Positions 13,633-23,620 of a stretch of DNA of 64,000 bases are shown here, in pieces (within the stretch, counting starts at the first letter, position 1; every line of letters begins with the position of its first letter). The notes below the pieces were generated by a model, which worked only from the letters and a program-made list of their open reading frames with translations, was not told the DNA's origin and made no database searches. A program made the position numbers and the translations under genes. This DNA is from an uncultured delta proteobacterium (GTDB taxonomy: Bacteria; Myxococcota_A; Polyangia; Fen-1088): NCBI GenBank assembly GCA_963796685.1, contig CAWCMR010000025.1, positions 1,632,001 to 1,696,000 on the forward strand. The letters run 5' to 3'.

Positions 13633-14588
13633 AGAAATTGACCACAGAGGACACAGAGAACACAGAGGGAAGGGAAAGGGTTCGGATCTCGGATCCGGAG
13701 ACCCTTTCTGCTCCGGCCTCTGTGTCCTCTGTGTTCTCTGTGGTGAAAACCTTTGGTCGCATGGTGAAGTTCAGCCATACGGTCTTTGCCTTGCCTTTTG
13801 CCCTGGCCGCGACCGCGCTGGCCGCGCGCGGACATGGCATCACCCTGGCGCAAGTGGCGGCGATTCTGGTGGCCATGGCCGGTGCGCGCACGGCCGCCAT
13901 GGGTTTCAACCGCATCGTGGATCGGCGTCTGGACGCAAAGAATCCACGCACCTCCGGGCGCGAGATCCCGACCGGCAAGGTGTCGGTGCCGTCCGCCGCG
14001 CTTCTGACCACGCTCAGCGCCGCGGCGTTCATCGCTGCCGCTGCCAGCCTGGGCCGGCTGTGCCTTGCGCTGTCGCCCGTCGTGCTCGGCCTCGTTCTCG
14101 GCTATTCCTTCACCAAGCGTTTCACCTGGCTGTGTCATCTCTTTCTCGGCCTAGCCATCGGTATCGCGCCCGCGGGCGCGTGGATCGCGGTGCGCGGCGA
14201 CCTGGCCGCACCGGCCATCTGGATGGTGGCGGCAGTGACCACCTGGATCGGAGGCTTCGACATCCTCTACGCTCTCTCCGATCGCGACTTCGATCGCACG
14301 GCAGGCATCCATTCGATCCCGTCGCGATTCGGCGTTCCGGCCGCCCTGGCGGCTTCGGCGGCCCTGCACCTTGGAACGATTGGCGCGCTGGTCGCGGTGG
14401 GCTCCAGCGCCGGAATGGGGACGATCTACTTCGTCGGCGTGGCCGCGGTCGTCGCCATCTTGGTCTACGAGCACGCCATCGTGAGACCATCCGATCTTTC
14501 GCGCGTCGACGTTGCGTTCTTCAACCTGAACGGCTACGTCTCGCTGGTCTACCTGCTGGCGACCCTCGCGCAGGTCTTCGCGGGCTAG
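13629..14588 (+). CDS. ubiA: UbiA-family prenyltransferase (MqnP-like)
   Basis: KFSHTVFALPF, NRIVDRRLDAKNPRT, YSFTKRFT, GFDILYA; start could alternatively be 13743 or 13761. Confidence 0.9.
   Translation: MKKLTTEDTENTEGRERVRISDPETLSAPASVSSVFSVVKTFGRMVKFSHTVFALPFALAATALAARGHGITLAQVAAILVAMAGARTAAMGFNRIVDRRLDAKNPRTSGREIPTGKVSVPSAALLTTLSAAAFIAAAASLGRLCLALSPVVLGLVLGYSFTKRFTWLCHLFLGLAIGIAPAGAWIAVRGDLAAPAIWMVAAVTTWIGGFDILYALSDRDFDRTAGIHSIPSRFGVPAALAASAALHLGTIGALVAVGSSAGMGTIYFVGVAAVVAILVYEHAIVRPSDLSRVDVAFFNLNGYVSLVYLLATLAQVFAG
13641..13744. repeat. ACCACAGAG-type inverted-repeat element at the 5' end of ubiA
   Basis: ACCACAGAGGACACAGAGAACACAGAGG (13641-13668) and CCTCTGTGTCCTCTGTGTTCTCTGTGGT (13717-13744). 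Confidence 0.8.
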
Positions 14589-14637
14589 CCGAGGATCGCG
14601 TGACATGGGACGAACCGGTTCTAGGGTTCTTCAGGAA

Positions 14638-14747
14638 ATGTTCGAGAGCGAACGGCCGGCCGGTCTGTCACCCTTCGCACGATTTGGAAGCTCGCGAAGG
14701 CCTTTAGGGTTTCGCCTCGGGACATCCTACCCGCGTCCGGACCGTAG
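14638..14747 (+). pseudogene. Remnant of an XRE-family HTH gene
   Basis: SVTLRTIWKLAKAFRVSPRDILP resembles an XRE C-terminus; no in-frame start codon. Confidence 0.4.
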
Positions 14748-14796
14748 CCGGTGGACATCGCCAGCGTGATGGAGCCAGCCAGATCGGTCGGCCTGA

Positions 14797-15162
14797 TCAC
14801 GGCGCGCCATCACACGTCTGGTCTGGCAATCCCGGCGTCGCGGACGCGTCGTTACGATCGCCCTCCTTGCGGAATCCCAGCATGAGCACGATCGCGATTT
14901 GCTTCTCTCGCGAAGCGAGGAAGAAGACCCTTTGCCGTCCGAGCTTTGCTCGTCTCACGCCCGCGAGATTGACCGGTCCGCGGCGTCCGAGCGCGGTGGC
15001 GGCGGCAAAGGCAAGGTCTTCGTTGGTGACGACTTCCTGTAAGAGCTTCTTGAGCGCACGCCAAACAGCATCGTGTGCCGAGTTGGGCCTTGCCTCGGCG
15101 TTGGCACGAGCTTGCTTGATTTGCTCCGCGGCGTACTGCGAGGCTTTGAGTTGCAGGGCCAC
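14797..15162 (-). CDS. Putative RelE/YhaV-like toxin
   Basis: VRRAKLGRQRVFFLASREKQIAIVLMLGFRKEGDRNDA resembles the RelE-fold RNase core. Confidence 0.55.
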   Translation of the reverse strand: MALQLKASQYAAEQIKQARANAEARPNSAHDAVWRALKKLLQEVVTNEDLAFAAATALGRRGPVNLAGVRRAKLGRQRVFFLASREKQIAIVLMLGFRKEGDRNDASATPGLPDQTCDGAP

Positions 15163-15163
15163 G

Positions 15164-15673
15164 TCAGTCGAGGTCCAGGGACACGCTTGGGGCAGGCGCG
15201 CGGACAGCCTCGTCGGTGGGCACTAGGCTGCGCTGAAGGTCGATTTCATCAACTTCGCTGAGTATGAAGGCCAGCCAGGCAATCATTTGTCGGTAGTGGG
15301 CGATCGATCGGTCCTGAAGCTGGATGAAGGCTGCGGCCCGCTCGGGAAGCCCGATCGCAACCCAACGGCGAAACACACGGGCCTTGGTCCCGCCAAGCAG
15401 CTCGAAGGTCTGGCGGCAGGTCTCCAGCGTGGCCTGCCATTCCTCGCGATCTCCCTCCAGCTTGACTTCGTCGACCGCGGTTTCGAGGAGCGGGTGGTCA
15501 AGCTCCAACGAGAGTGCCGCACGCGTGGTACGTTCGAGGCCGTCGACGACTTTGGCAAGGGCTTCTCTGTCGAGCGTCTCCGCCGGATTGATCGGCCCCA
15601 GCACAGACATCGGGCCGTAGAGGGTCGCGATGTCGATGTGCGGAACGGGCTTAACTTTTGCGGCCAGGGACAT
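15164..15673 (-). CDS. Hypothetical protein (possible partner/antitoxin)
   Basis: Helical ORF ending 1 bp before the toxin-like gene; start uncertain. Confidence 0.5.
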   Translation of the reverse strand: MSLAAKVKPVPHIDIATLYGPMSVLGPINPAETLDREALAKVVDGLERTTRAALSLELDHPLLETAVDEVKLEGDREEWQATLETCRQTFELLGGTKARVFRRWVAIGLPERAAAFIQLQDRSIAHYRQMIAWLAFILSEVDEIDLQRSLVPTDEAVRAPAPSVSLDLD

Positions 15674-15721
15674 GATTGTCATCTTACCCGAGGAGGTGGA
15701 CGAGCGCACGCCGCCCGGCTT

Positions 15722-16165
15722 GCGGGAGGTCTAAGGAACCCTCCCAGTACCGCCGGGCCGATGGCCCGGATTCTTCGGGCATGAAACGTGACAGCCCCTC
15801 ACCCGCCTCGCTGCGCTCGGCGACCTCTCCCCGCTTCGCTCCGCTACGCGGGGCGAGGTGGTTTCAGGTCAGGGTTCCTGGAGGAACGCGTAGGCGAAGC
15901 CGGGCTTTGCCCGACGGAGCCAGAGCGCGGGAGGTCTAAGGAACCCTCCCAGTACCGCCGGGCCGATGGCCCGGATTCTTCGGGCATGAAACGTGACAGC
16001 CCCTCACCCGCCTCGCTGCGCTCGGCGACCTCTCCCCGCTTCGCTCCGCTACGCGGGGCGAGGTGGTTTCAGGTCAGGGTTCCTGGAGGAACGCGTAGGC
16101 GAAGCCGGGCTTTGCCCGGCGGAGCCAGAGCGCGGGAGGTCTAAGGAACCCTCTCAGGGTTCCTT
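15722..16165. repeat. 205-bp tandem repeat (2 full copies plus a partial third) of nested hairpin modules
   Basis: Units start at 15722, 15927 and 16132; 1 mismatch seen between full copies; contains CCCTCACCC...CCTCTCCC...GGGGCGAGG module. Confidence 0.9.
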
Positions 16166-16167
16166 TT
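16143..16167. terminator. Hairpin downstream of tRNA-Lys
   Basis: AAGGAACCCT-CTC-AGGGTTCCTT(TT), 10-bp stem. Confidence 0.55.
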
Positions 16168-16174
16168 AGAATCG

Positions 16175-16247
16175 TGGGCACAGTAGGAATCGAACCTACA
16201 ACAAACGGATTAAGAGTCCGCTGCTCTGCCAATTGAGCTATGCGCCC
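16175..16247 (-). tRNA. tRNA-Lys(CTT), CCA not encoded
   Basis: GGGCGCATAGCTCAATTGGCAGAGC...GCGGA-CTCTTAA-TCCGT...GGTTCGATTCC...GTGCCCA cloverleaf. Confidence 0.95.
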
Positions 16248-16300
16248 GTGCTGATTTTTGGAAGCGAATGTATGCCTTCGGTGTGCGGATAAGTCAAGAG

Positions 16301-16345
16301 CAGCGCGCCCGGAGGGAATCGAACCCCCAGCCCTCGGCTTCGAAG
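16301..16345 (-). repeat. att site: displaced 3' fragment of tRNA-Arg
   Basis: Identical to 23618-23662; identity stops just past the anticodon loop. Confidence 0.92.
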
Positions 16346-16527
16346 ATCTCGACGATACATCGCAAAGCGTATCCGACAGTAGCAAATTGTTGGAAAATCA
16401 ACGGGTTACGCAGGGAGACCTTAGCCGCGAGTCGCCACAAGTTGCACCGAATAGCCAACCGTTTGGTGCAATAGTGGTACAAGAAATTTCGGGAGCCGAG
16501 GGTAGGGGGTCCGCGACTGTCGGCCCC

Positions 16528-16693
16528 TTTCTGACCGTTCGTGGTGGCGGCGAGGCTGCGCGTGTGCACGGCTACCGTATACAGCCTGTGCGAGTCCGGC
16601 GGGCTAACGCACGTGCGCCTGAACAACGCGATCCGGGTGGCCGAGGGGGACTTGCGGCACTACTTGGAGAAGGTCTCGAAAGGTCCACGATGA
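16528..16693 (+). pseudogene. Excisionase-like HTH_17 protein, frameshifted at the 5' end
   Basis: FLTVR / VAARLRVCTATVYSLCESGGLTHVRLNNAIRV... with a frame break at ~16543. Confidence 0.65.
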
Positions 16694-16856
16694 GGATCGA
16701 GGTCGGAGTCTCGCCGAAGGCGACAGACGCCTCGATCAGCATTATCGTTTGGGTGAAGATGATCAAGGCCATGGTGTTCGCTGTGAACGATGTCGATGCC
16801 CAGCCTGCCGAGAGGGTGCGGGTGCCCATGCCCGATAGGTCACGAGAGGTAGCTGT

Positions 16857-18356
16857 ATGAGCCCGACCCGCTCGGCCGAGTACATGGCCGGCCTCGTCCG
16901 CGAGGTGTGCAAACTCCCTCGCGAGACCGAATGGGTGGAGTTCAAGGAGAACAAGGCCGAGCCGCAGGAGATCGGTGAGTACCTCTCGGCTCTCGCCAAC
17001 GCTGCTGCCCTGGCGGGCAAGGCTTTCGCCTATCTCGCGTGGGGCGTGAATGATGAGTCTCACCATGTTGGCGGCACGCATTTCGTACCGACGGCCACGA
17101 AGGTGGGCAACGAAGAACTTGAAAGCTGGCTGCTTCGACTGCTCACGCCCAAGATCCAATTTCGATTCTTCGATGTCGACATGGACGGCAAGCGCGTCGT
17201 TCTCCTGGAGATCGAGCGCGCCTCCCGGCAACCTGTTCAGTTCCAGGGCCAGGAGTACATTCGCGTTGGCACCTACAAGAAGAAGCTCAAGGACTTCCCC
17301 GAGAAGGAACGAACGCTTTGGCGCATCTTTGACCGAATACCCTTCGAGGATGGAATCGCCCGAGAGCATGTGAGCGATGACGAAGTCTTGAGGATCATCG
17401 ACTACCCGAGCTACTTCGATCTGCTTGACCGACCTCTCCCCGACGGCAAACAAGGTGTCCTCGGTGCGCTGGAAGAGGACACCTTGATCCGCAGATGTGA
17501 TGCCGGCGGCTGGAACATAACCAACCTTGGCGCCGCGCTGTTCGCGAGACGCCTGGACGACTTCGCGGGGCTTGGTCGCAAGGCCGTTCGCGTGATCGTC
17601 TACCAGGGCAACAACCGAATCGAGACGGTCAAGGAACAGATCGGCGGCAAGGGCTATGGGAGCGGCTTCGAGGGGCTCATCGCGTTCATCAACGATCTGG
17701 TTCCGTCCAACGAGGTGATCGGGCAAGCGTTGCGCAAGACCGTGCCGATGTACCCGGAGCTCGCGGTTCGCGAGCTCGTCGCCAATGCCCTCATCCACCA
17801 GGATTTCTTCGTCACCGGGGCGGGACCCACGGTGGAGATCTTCGCCGACCGAATGGAGGTCACGAATCCAGGTGAGCCACTGGTAGCGGCAGATCGATTC
17901 TTGGACACGCCCCCCAAGTCTCGCAACGAGGCACTGGCTTCTCTGATGAGGCGCATGGGCGTCTGTGAGGAGCGCGGAAGCGGCGTCGACAAGGTTGTGT
18001 CTCAGACGGAGTTGTTCCAGCTCCCCGCACCGCTCTTTGAAGTGACGGGGGAATCGACGCGCGCGGTGCTCTTTGCACACCGTCCACTGACCAAGATGGA
18101 CAAGGATGACCGCGTGCGCGCCTGCTATCTCCACGCTTGCCTGAAGTACGTCAGCCGCGATTGCCTGACGAACACCTCTCTTCGCGAGCGGTTCGGGATC
18201 GACCCGCAGAACAGCGCCACGGCATCTCGCATCATCAAGGAAGCAGTGGAGGCGCGCGCCATTGCGCCGGTTGATGAAGACGCCGCGAAGAAGCTCATGA
18301 AATACGTTCCGTGGTGGGCCGCGGGGCGGCGACCGGTGGAAGGAAGGGCGCCGTGA
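16857..18356 (+). CDS. AlbA_2 (Schlafen-like) + HATPase_c_4 + wHTH protein
   Basis: ETEWVEFKEN, SALANAA...WGV, YIRVG, RELVANALIHQD, NPG, RN...EERGSG. Confidence 0.88.
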   Translation: MSPTRSAEYMAGLVREVCKLPRETEWVEFKENKAEPQEIGEYLSALANAAALAGKAFAYLAWGVNDESHHVGGTHFVPTATKVGNEELESWLLRLLTPKIQFRFFDVDMDGKRVVLLEIERASRQPVQFQGQEYIRVGTYKKKLKDFPEKERTLWRIFDRIPFEDGIAREHVSDDEVLRIIDYPSYFDLLDRPLPDGKQGVLGALEEDTLIRRCDAGGWNITNLGAALFARRLDDFAGLGRKAVRVIVYQGNNRIETVKEQIGGKGYGSGFEGLIAFINDLVPSNEVIGQALRKTVPMYPELAVRELVANALIHQDFFVTGAGPTVEIFADRMEVTNPGEPLVAADRFLDTPPKSRNEALASLMRRMGVCEERGSGVDKVVSQTELFQLPAPLFEVTGESTRAVLFAHRPLTKMDKDDRVRACYLHACLKYVSRDCLTNTSLRERFGIDPQNSATASRIIKEAVEARAIAPVDEDAAKKLMKYVPWWAAGRRPVEGRAP

Positions 18357-18603
18357 CTTCATTTGATGGCCGCGCCGATAGCGAACCTGCTATGGCAAAA
18401 AACATGTGTTTCTGCAGTAGGTTAGCTCATTTGATGGGTATTTGATCGGGAAGAGTTTGGCTTGTTGCAGCTTGACCAGTTGGGCGAGTCGACGCGAGAT
18501 CATCGCAGATGTGACATTGGGCGACATAACACAAGGTCGGCAAGAAGCTCACCCATCAATGGGTCCCTAGTGCGTGGCGCCTGAACCTGGCCGAACCCAA
18601 CCA

Positions 18604-20410
18604 TCAAGCCTTTGAGGCGCGGGCTCCTCGGACACCGGGTGGAATCGGAAAGCCCCGCTGGGCGAGGTCGCGCCAGAGGTTGCGTTTGAGGTGGTAGACG
18701 GTCGCCCAGCTCGCGCGCAACTTGCTGGCTGCTGCGGGGTTGATTTCGTGGACCGCGGCCAGCCAGTCGGCGGATTCCGAGTACTCCGCGGTTGAGGCCC
18801 CAGGATCGGGCACGAAACGAACCGCATCTTCCCGCCAGAAAGCGACAATCTTGGGAATGAGGGCCTTCCCCCCGAGGGACTTGCACCAGTTTCTTCGGGT
18901 TGTCGAAACGCGCTTCCGTGCATCGGAATCTACCTTGGAGAGGAGATGCCAAAGCCTTGGTGCCAACTTCTTCGTCGTTGGCAATGTCGCGTCCAAGTCG
19001 CGCGTCAAGATTGCAAGCGCTCGCAGGGACTTCTCTTGGCCTGTGGGGTGAGCCCAACGCGGGTTCCAGGCTGCCTTCGGCACGGTGGTCGTCTTCTTTC
19101 GCGACTCATCCAGCGCGACGCGCACGGCGGTGTGGAACATCGCTGCGCCGTTGGGACCGGCCCAGGCCGCGTCGACCAGGGCAGACACCCAGCCACCACA
19201 TGGCACCGGATCGCTATCTTTCCAGGTGTCGAGCGTTCGCCTGACAATCAACTCGCGCCAGGCGGCGAAGAGTCGGTCACGGATCGCGTGGAACTGCGCC
19301 GGAAAGGCATGGAATGCCTTGAGCATGGTCTCGCCAGACTTCGCGCTCCACGAGAAGCTCTTTGCACGGGTTCCATCGCTCGGTCCCATCGAGTCGCAGG
19401 CGCGAGCGCAGAGCCTCGTCGATGATGTCGATTGCCTCGGCGAATGCCTTGCGCTTAACCGCGTCCTCGACCAGCGGCAAGGCCAAGGTCCAGTCCTGTG
19501 CGATGTTTGCACGGGAGATCTCAACGTGAAGCTCGGGTTTCCAGCGTTTCGAAAGACCGCGCAAGATCTCCGCCCAGCAGCCGAACGCACGCGTGAATGC
19601 CTCCGTCCAACGCGCCGACAAACGCTGGCGCTCCATGCTCGCGAGAACGCTTTGACGTTGCTCGTGGGACAGCCCACGAACGAAAGTCTTGATGGCTTGG
19701 CCATCAAGCCCGACTTTCTGAAGACCGGTCTCGAGATCGCGAACTTCGTCGAGGAATGCGGCTGCATCGCGACCTTTACCTTGTGCAGCCTTCCACTCCC
19801 ACTCGAGCAGGCACTTTGTCGCCTTGGGACCGAGACAACAGTCTTCACCGATGCCCTCCACGACCCAGTCGGGCTGGCCCGCATACAGTCCCTCGTCCAT
19901 CTCGCGAATCGCCTGGGTAAAGCTGAAGCCAGGATCGATGCCCTCGGCGATGACCCTCGGAATCAGGCTGTGCATCTTCGCCGCGACAGCGTCCAGATCC
20001 AGTCCGATGGAATACGTGTCGATGTACGGTGGTTCCCAGTCGGCGTCCTGATGAACGTAGTCGCCGGTTTCGGCGGCGGATTCGTCAACGATGCGAGTCC
20101 ATTCTTGCCAAAGCCGGTCCCATTCCTGCCGGAGCTTTCCCTTCCCCGCTGCGGGCACGGTGGCCTTTTGACTTCGAGCGGGCTTGCGCGGCGGATCGAG
20201 CGCGGGGATCAACGCCGCCGCGGTTTCTGGGGCGACTCGGGCGAGTAGTCGTTTTCGGGAAGCGTTGTCCAGAACCAGGAGTGATGACGCGACCACGCGG
20301 CGAATCTCTTCCTCGGAGAGCGCTTCCTCGAGACGTCGAAGCAATGCGTCCTCCTCCGGCAAAGCCCCGAATGACTTCTTGTGGGAGGACCGCCTAGAAC
20401 GCTGGAACAT
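18604..20410 (-). pseudogene. Large helical hypothetical protein split into two frames (~19330)
   Basis: ORF 19277-20410 reads as protein up to EREVWRD; protein-like text continues in the frame of 18604-19884 (MLKAF...LKRNLWRDL). Confidence 0.55.
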
Positions 20411-20497
20411 AGGTGCAGAGTATCTTGTCTAGTCTATGGCGGATCAAGCTCACATGCAAGTACCGAAAGCGACATCCTCCATGTACGATCCCACCGC

Positions 20498-22996
20498 TTG
20501 GGAGAAAATGATCAGCAGGATCTTTTCGCCAAGGCGATCGACGAAGCCGAGGCGGAACTTGAGCGCCTGACCCGCACCGGGGCCGAGGCGCGCGCGAAGG
20601 TTATGGCCCTGCGACAATCGCTGACTGATGTCGCACCGATTCGCTCGGACGTAACCCCAATGGCCCAGTCCATGCCGCCGCGGAAATCCATGGGGAAGGT
20701 CCGTATCTTCGGGGAACGCTTCCGTGGTCGTTCCGATGTCTTCCCGCGACGGTGGGAAAACGCCAAGTCGCACAAGTCTGGTTACTCGCCAGCCTGCGGA
20801 AACGAATGGGTCCACGGTCTCTGCGGCAAGCCGAAAATTAGGTGCTCTGAATGTCCGAATCAGGCATTCCTGCCTCTGGATGATCACGCATTGCTCGGTC
20901 ATCTGACGGGCAAGCATACCATCGGCGTGTACGCGCTGTTGCCCGGTGACACATGCTGGTTTGTCGCAGCAGACTTCGACGAAGCCGGCTGGAAAGACGA
21001 TGTCTCCGCTTTTTCTGAGACATGTAGGAAGGCGGGCCTTCCAGTCGCCATCGAACGTTCGCGCTCCGGCAATGGAGCGCACGCCTGGTTCTTCTTCGCC
21101 GAGCCGATTCCGGCCTGTCATGCGCGGCAAATGGCTTCCTTCCTTCTGACAGAAACCATGTCCCGGCGGCACGAACTGAGTCTCCAGTCCTACGATCGGT
21201 TGTTCCCTTCGCAGGACACCCTGCCGCGGGGCGGGTTCGGAAACCTTATAGCCTTGCCGTTCCAACACCAACCTCGCCAAAATGGAAATTCCCTATTCCT
21301 CGACGACGATTTGGAGCCCTTCGGCTGGGAAGAACAGTGGCGGTTCCTGGCGTCGGTGCCACTGCTGGCCGCAGACCAGGTGCGAAGGATCGCCGACGAA
21401 GCTTCTCGCAGCGGTCGCGCACTCGGAGTCCGCGCGCCCGAGTCCGAAGACGAGGACCTGCTACCGCCTGCGCGCAAAGGCCGGGATGGAGCCCCACCGA
21501 TCACAGTCCCGTTGCCACCCGAAATCCCCGCCAGCTTGGCCGAACGGATAGTTGTCGTGAAAGCCGGCCTTCCTTCGGCTCTGATAAGCCGTCTCAAGCG
21601 TTTGGCCGCCTTCCAGAATCCAGAATTCTACAAGCGACAGCGCTTCCGGCTCTCGACGGCACTCGTGCCCCGCGTGATCTCGTGCGCCGAGGAGTCCTCA
21701 ACAAACCTAATGCTGCCGCGAGGGTGTCGTGGTGACATTGAGGCGCTGCTCCTCGCCAACAACTCCCGTCTGGTCCTCGATGATCGACGGCAATCAGGAT
21801 CGCCAGCGCCATTCTCATTCCGCGGCGAGCTGACGGCTCGACAACGCGAGGCCGCCGATGCGGTGTTGGGCCAGGACTTTGGCGTTCTCGTCGCCCCACC
21901 AGGTGCCGGCAAGACGGTGATCGGGACCTACCTCATCGCCGCGCGTAGGGTGAATTCCCTCGTCCTTGTGCACCGATGGCCATTGCTGGATCAGTGGGTA
22001 AGCAAGCTCGCCATGTTCCTGGGCCTCCCCATCAACGAGATTGGCCAGCTCGCCGGTGGAAGGAAGAAGGGAAATGGGCGACTGGACGTTGCCATGATTC
22101 AGAGCCTGTCTCGCGACGACGACGCGGGAGAGCGCCTGGCAGGCTACGGCCAAGTCATCGTTGACGAGTGTCACCATGTGCCGGCTTTCTCGTTCGAGCG
22201 CGTGATCAAAAAGGTAAAGGCTCGATTTCTGGTCGGGCTGACCGCTACGCCCCGAAGGCGGGATGGACATCATCCAATCTGCGAGATGCAACTCGGCCCT
22301 GTCGTATTCGCATTCGACGCCAAGGCCGAGGCAGCGGCGCGACCCTTCGAGCACAAACTGATTCCACGCGAAACCGCATTCACCAATTCGAAACCGGATC
22401 TCAGCATTCAGGAGATCTGCCGGGAATTGGCCAGCGACCAGTCCCGCAACGAAATGATTGTCCGTGACGTCGCTCATGCCCTCGATGGAGGCCGTGTTCC
22501 TCTCGTCCTCACTGAACGAAAGGACCACATCAACCTGCTCGCCGAGTTGCTTCGGAGTGTCAGTCGTCATGTCATCGTCATGCGCGGCGGGATGGTTGCC
22601 AGCGAGAATCGCGCCGTTTTCGAACGCCTGACAAGACAAGCCGCTTCTGGTGAACGAGTCATCATCGCCACGGGCCGCTACATCGGGGAGGGCTTCGACG
22701 ATGCCAGACTTGACACCCTGTTTTTGACCATGCCGATTTCAGGGAGGGGAACCTTGATTCAGTACACGGGTCGGATCCACCGGCTGCACCCAGCCAAGCA
22801 AGAGGTCCGCATCTACGACTACGTTGATGTTCAGGTGCCTGTGTTCACCCGAATGTTTGCCAAGCGTCTGCGTGGCTATCGCTCGCTCGGCTACGCCCAA
22901 GATGAAGCGCCATTGGGTTTCGGTGAGATCGACGACGACTTCGTTCTCGGCCGGGATTGGGCAGAAACGGACGGCGACGACGATGAGCTGGCGTAG
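20498..22996 (+). CDS. TOTE-type archaeo-eukaryotic primase domain fused to an SF2 (XPB/ResIII-like) helicase
   Basis: FRGRSDVF, GYSPAC, WFVAADFD, ERSRSGNGAHAWFFF, GNLIALP; PGAGKT, DECHH, GLTATP, EGFD, QYTGRIHR; start uncertain. Confidence 0.85.
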   Translation: MGENDQQDLFAKAIDEAEAELERLTRTGAEARAKVMALRQSLTDVAPIRSDVTPMAQSMPPRKSMGKVRIFGERFRGRSDVFPRRWENAKSHKSGYSPACGNEWVHGLCGKPKIRCSECPNQAFLPLDDHALLGHLTGKHTIGVYALLPGDTCWFVAADFDEAGWKDDVSAFSETCRKAGLPVAIERSRSGNGAHAWFFFAEPIPACHARQMASFLLTETMSRRHELSLQSYDRLFPSQDTLPRGGFGNLIALPFQHQPRQNGNSLFLDDDLEPFGWEEQWRFLASVPLLAADQVRRIADEASRSGRALGVRAPESEDEDLLPPARKGRDGAPPITVPLPPEIPASLAERIVVVKAGLPSALISRLKRLAAFQNPEFYKRQRFRLSTALVPRVISCAEESSTNLMLPRGCRGDIEALLLANNSRLVLDDRRQSGSPAPFSFRGELTARQREAADAVLGQDFGVLVAPPGAGKTVIGTYLIAARRVNSLVLVHRWPLLDQWVSKLAMFLGLPINEIGQLAGGRKKGNGRLDVAMIQSLSRDDDAGERLAGYGQVIVDECHHVPAFSFERVIKKVKARFLVGLTATPRRRDGHHPICEMQLGPVVFAFDAKAEAAARPFEHKLIPRETAFTNSKPDLSIQEICRELASDQSRNEMIVRDVAHALDGGRVPLVLTERKDHINLLAELLRSVSRHVIVMRGGMVASENRAVFERLTRQAASGERVIIATGRYIGEGFDDARLDTLFLTMPISGRGTLIQYTGRIHRLHPAKQEVRIYDYVDVQVPVFTRMFAKRLRGYRSLGYAQDEAPLGFGEIDDDFVLGRDWAETDGDDDELA

Positions 22997-23620
22997 GTTT
23001 ATCCCCAGTTCGGCAACGGCCATCGTTTCGTAGCTTCCCATCGGCCCCGCCGGTGGGTCGCGAGCCTACGTGAGAGCCGATACTAAGGGATACTAAGGGA
23101 GTCACATGTGGTCGAGAATTCGAGGATCTCGTGGGCGGACCGCGGGGCTAATTTGACACATGGTTCTGCCACCTCGGCCGCCTGCGTTCCACCGTGCCAT
23201 CGGATGTCCTTTCTCTCGACCAAGAACGAGATCCGTTTGCTGCAATAGTGGTCTTGGCCTGCGCGCCTGATCCATTAGTGGCGTCGTGGCCAACCGCAAT
23301 CCGATCCACTCTGATCGCGCGCAATCCCGCGCGCACTTTGCCTGGGTTCAGCTGGCCCCGCCCTTGAAATTTCCGCCAGGCATCTGTGCGTCCATTCCAT
23401 CGCGAAACGAGATTCGTTTGGTGCAATAGTGGTACAGAGAGCTGGCTATCCCCTGTTCGAACCGTCTGATAAGCTCGAGATTCTCTAGCAGAATCAGCAG
23501 GTTGCGAATGGAATCCTGGGGAACGAGAACCTACCACCCTCGGCCAGCACGACTTCGGGTTAGCTTCACTCGCTGCCCTGAAATTTGCACGAATTCACGA
23601 ATGAAACCGGGAAGTTACAG

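Noticed and set aside
15722-16165. CRISPR array
   Set aside because: Units are 205 bp and essentially identical throughout; no unique spacers and no cas genes
16301-16345. Second tRNA-Arg gene
   Set aside because: Only the 3' half is present; it is an att duplicate
23079-23100. GATACTAAGG x2 tandem repeat (also ATTTGAT x3 at 18361-18448)
   Set aside because: Too short and too few copies to assign a function
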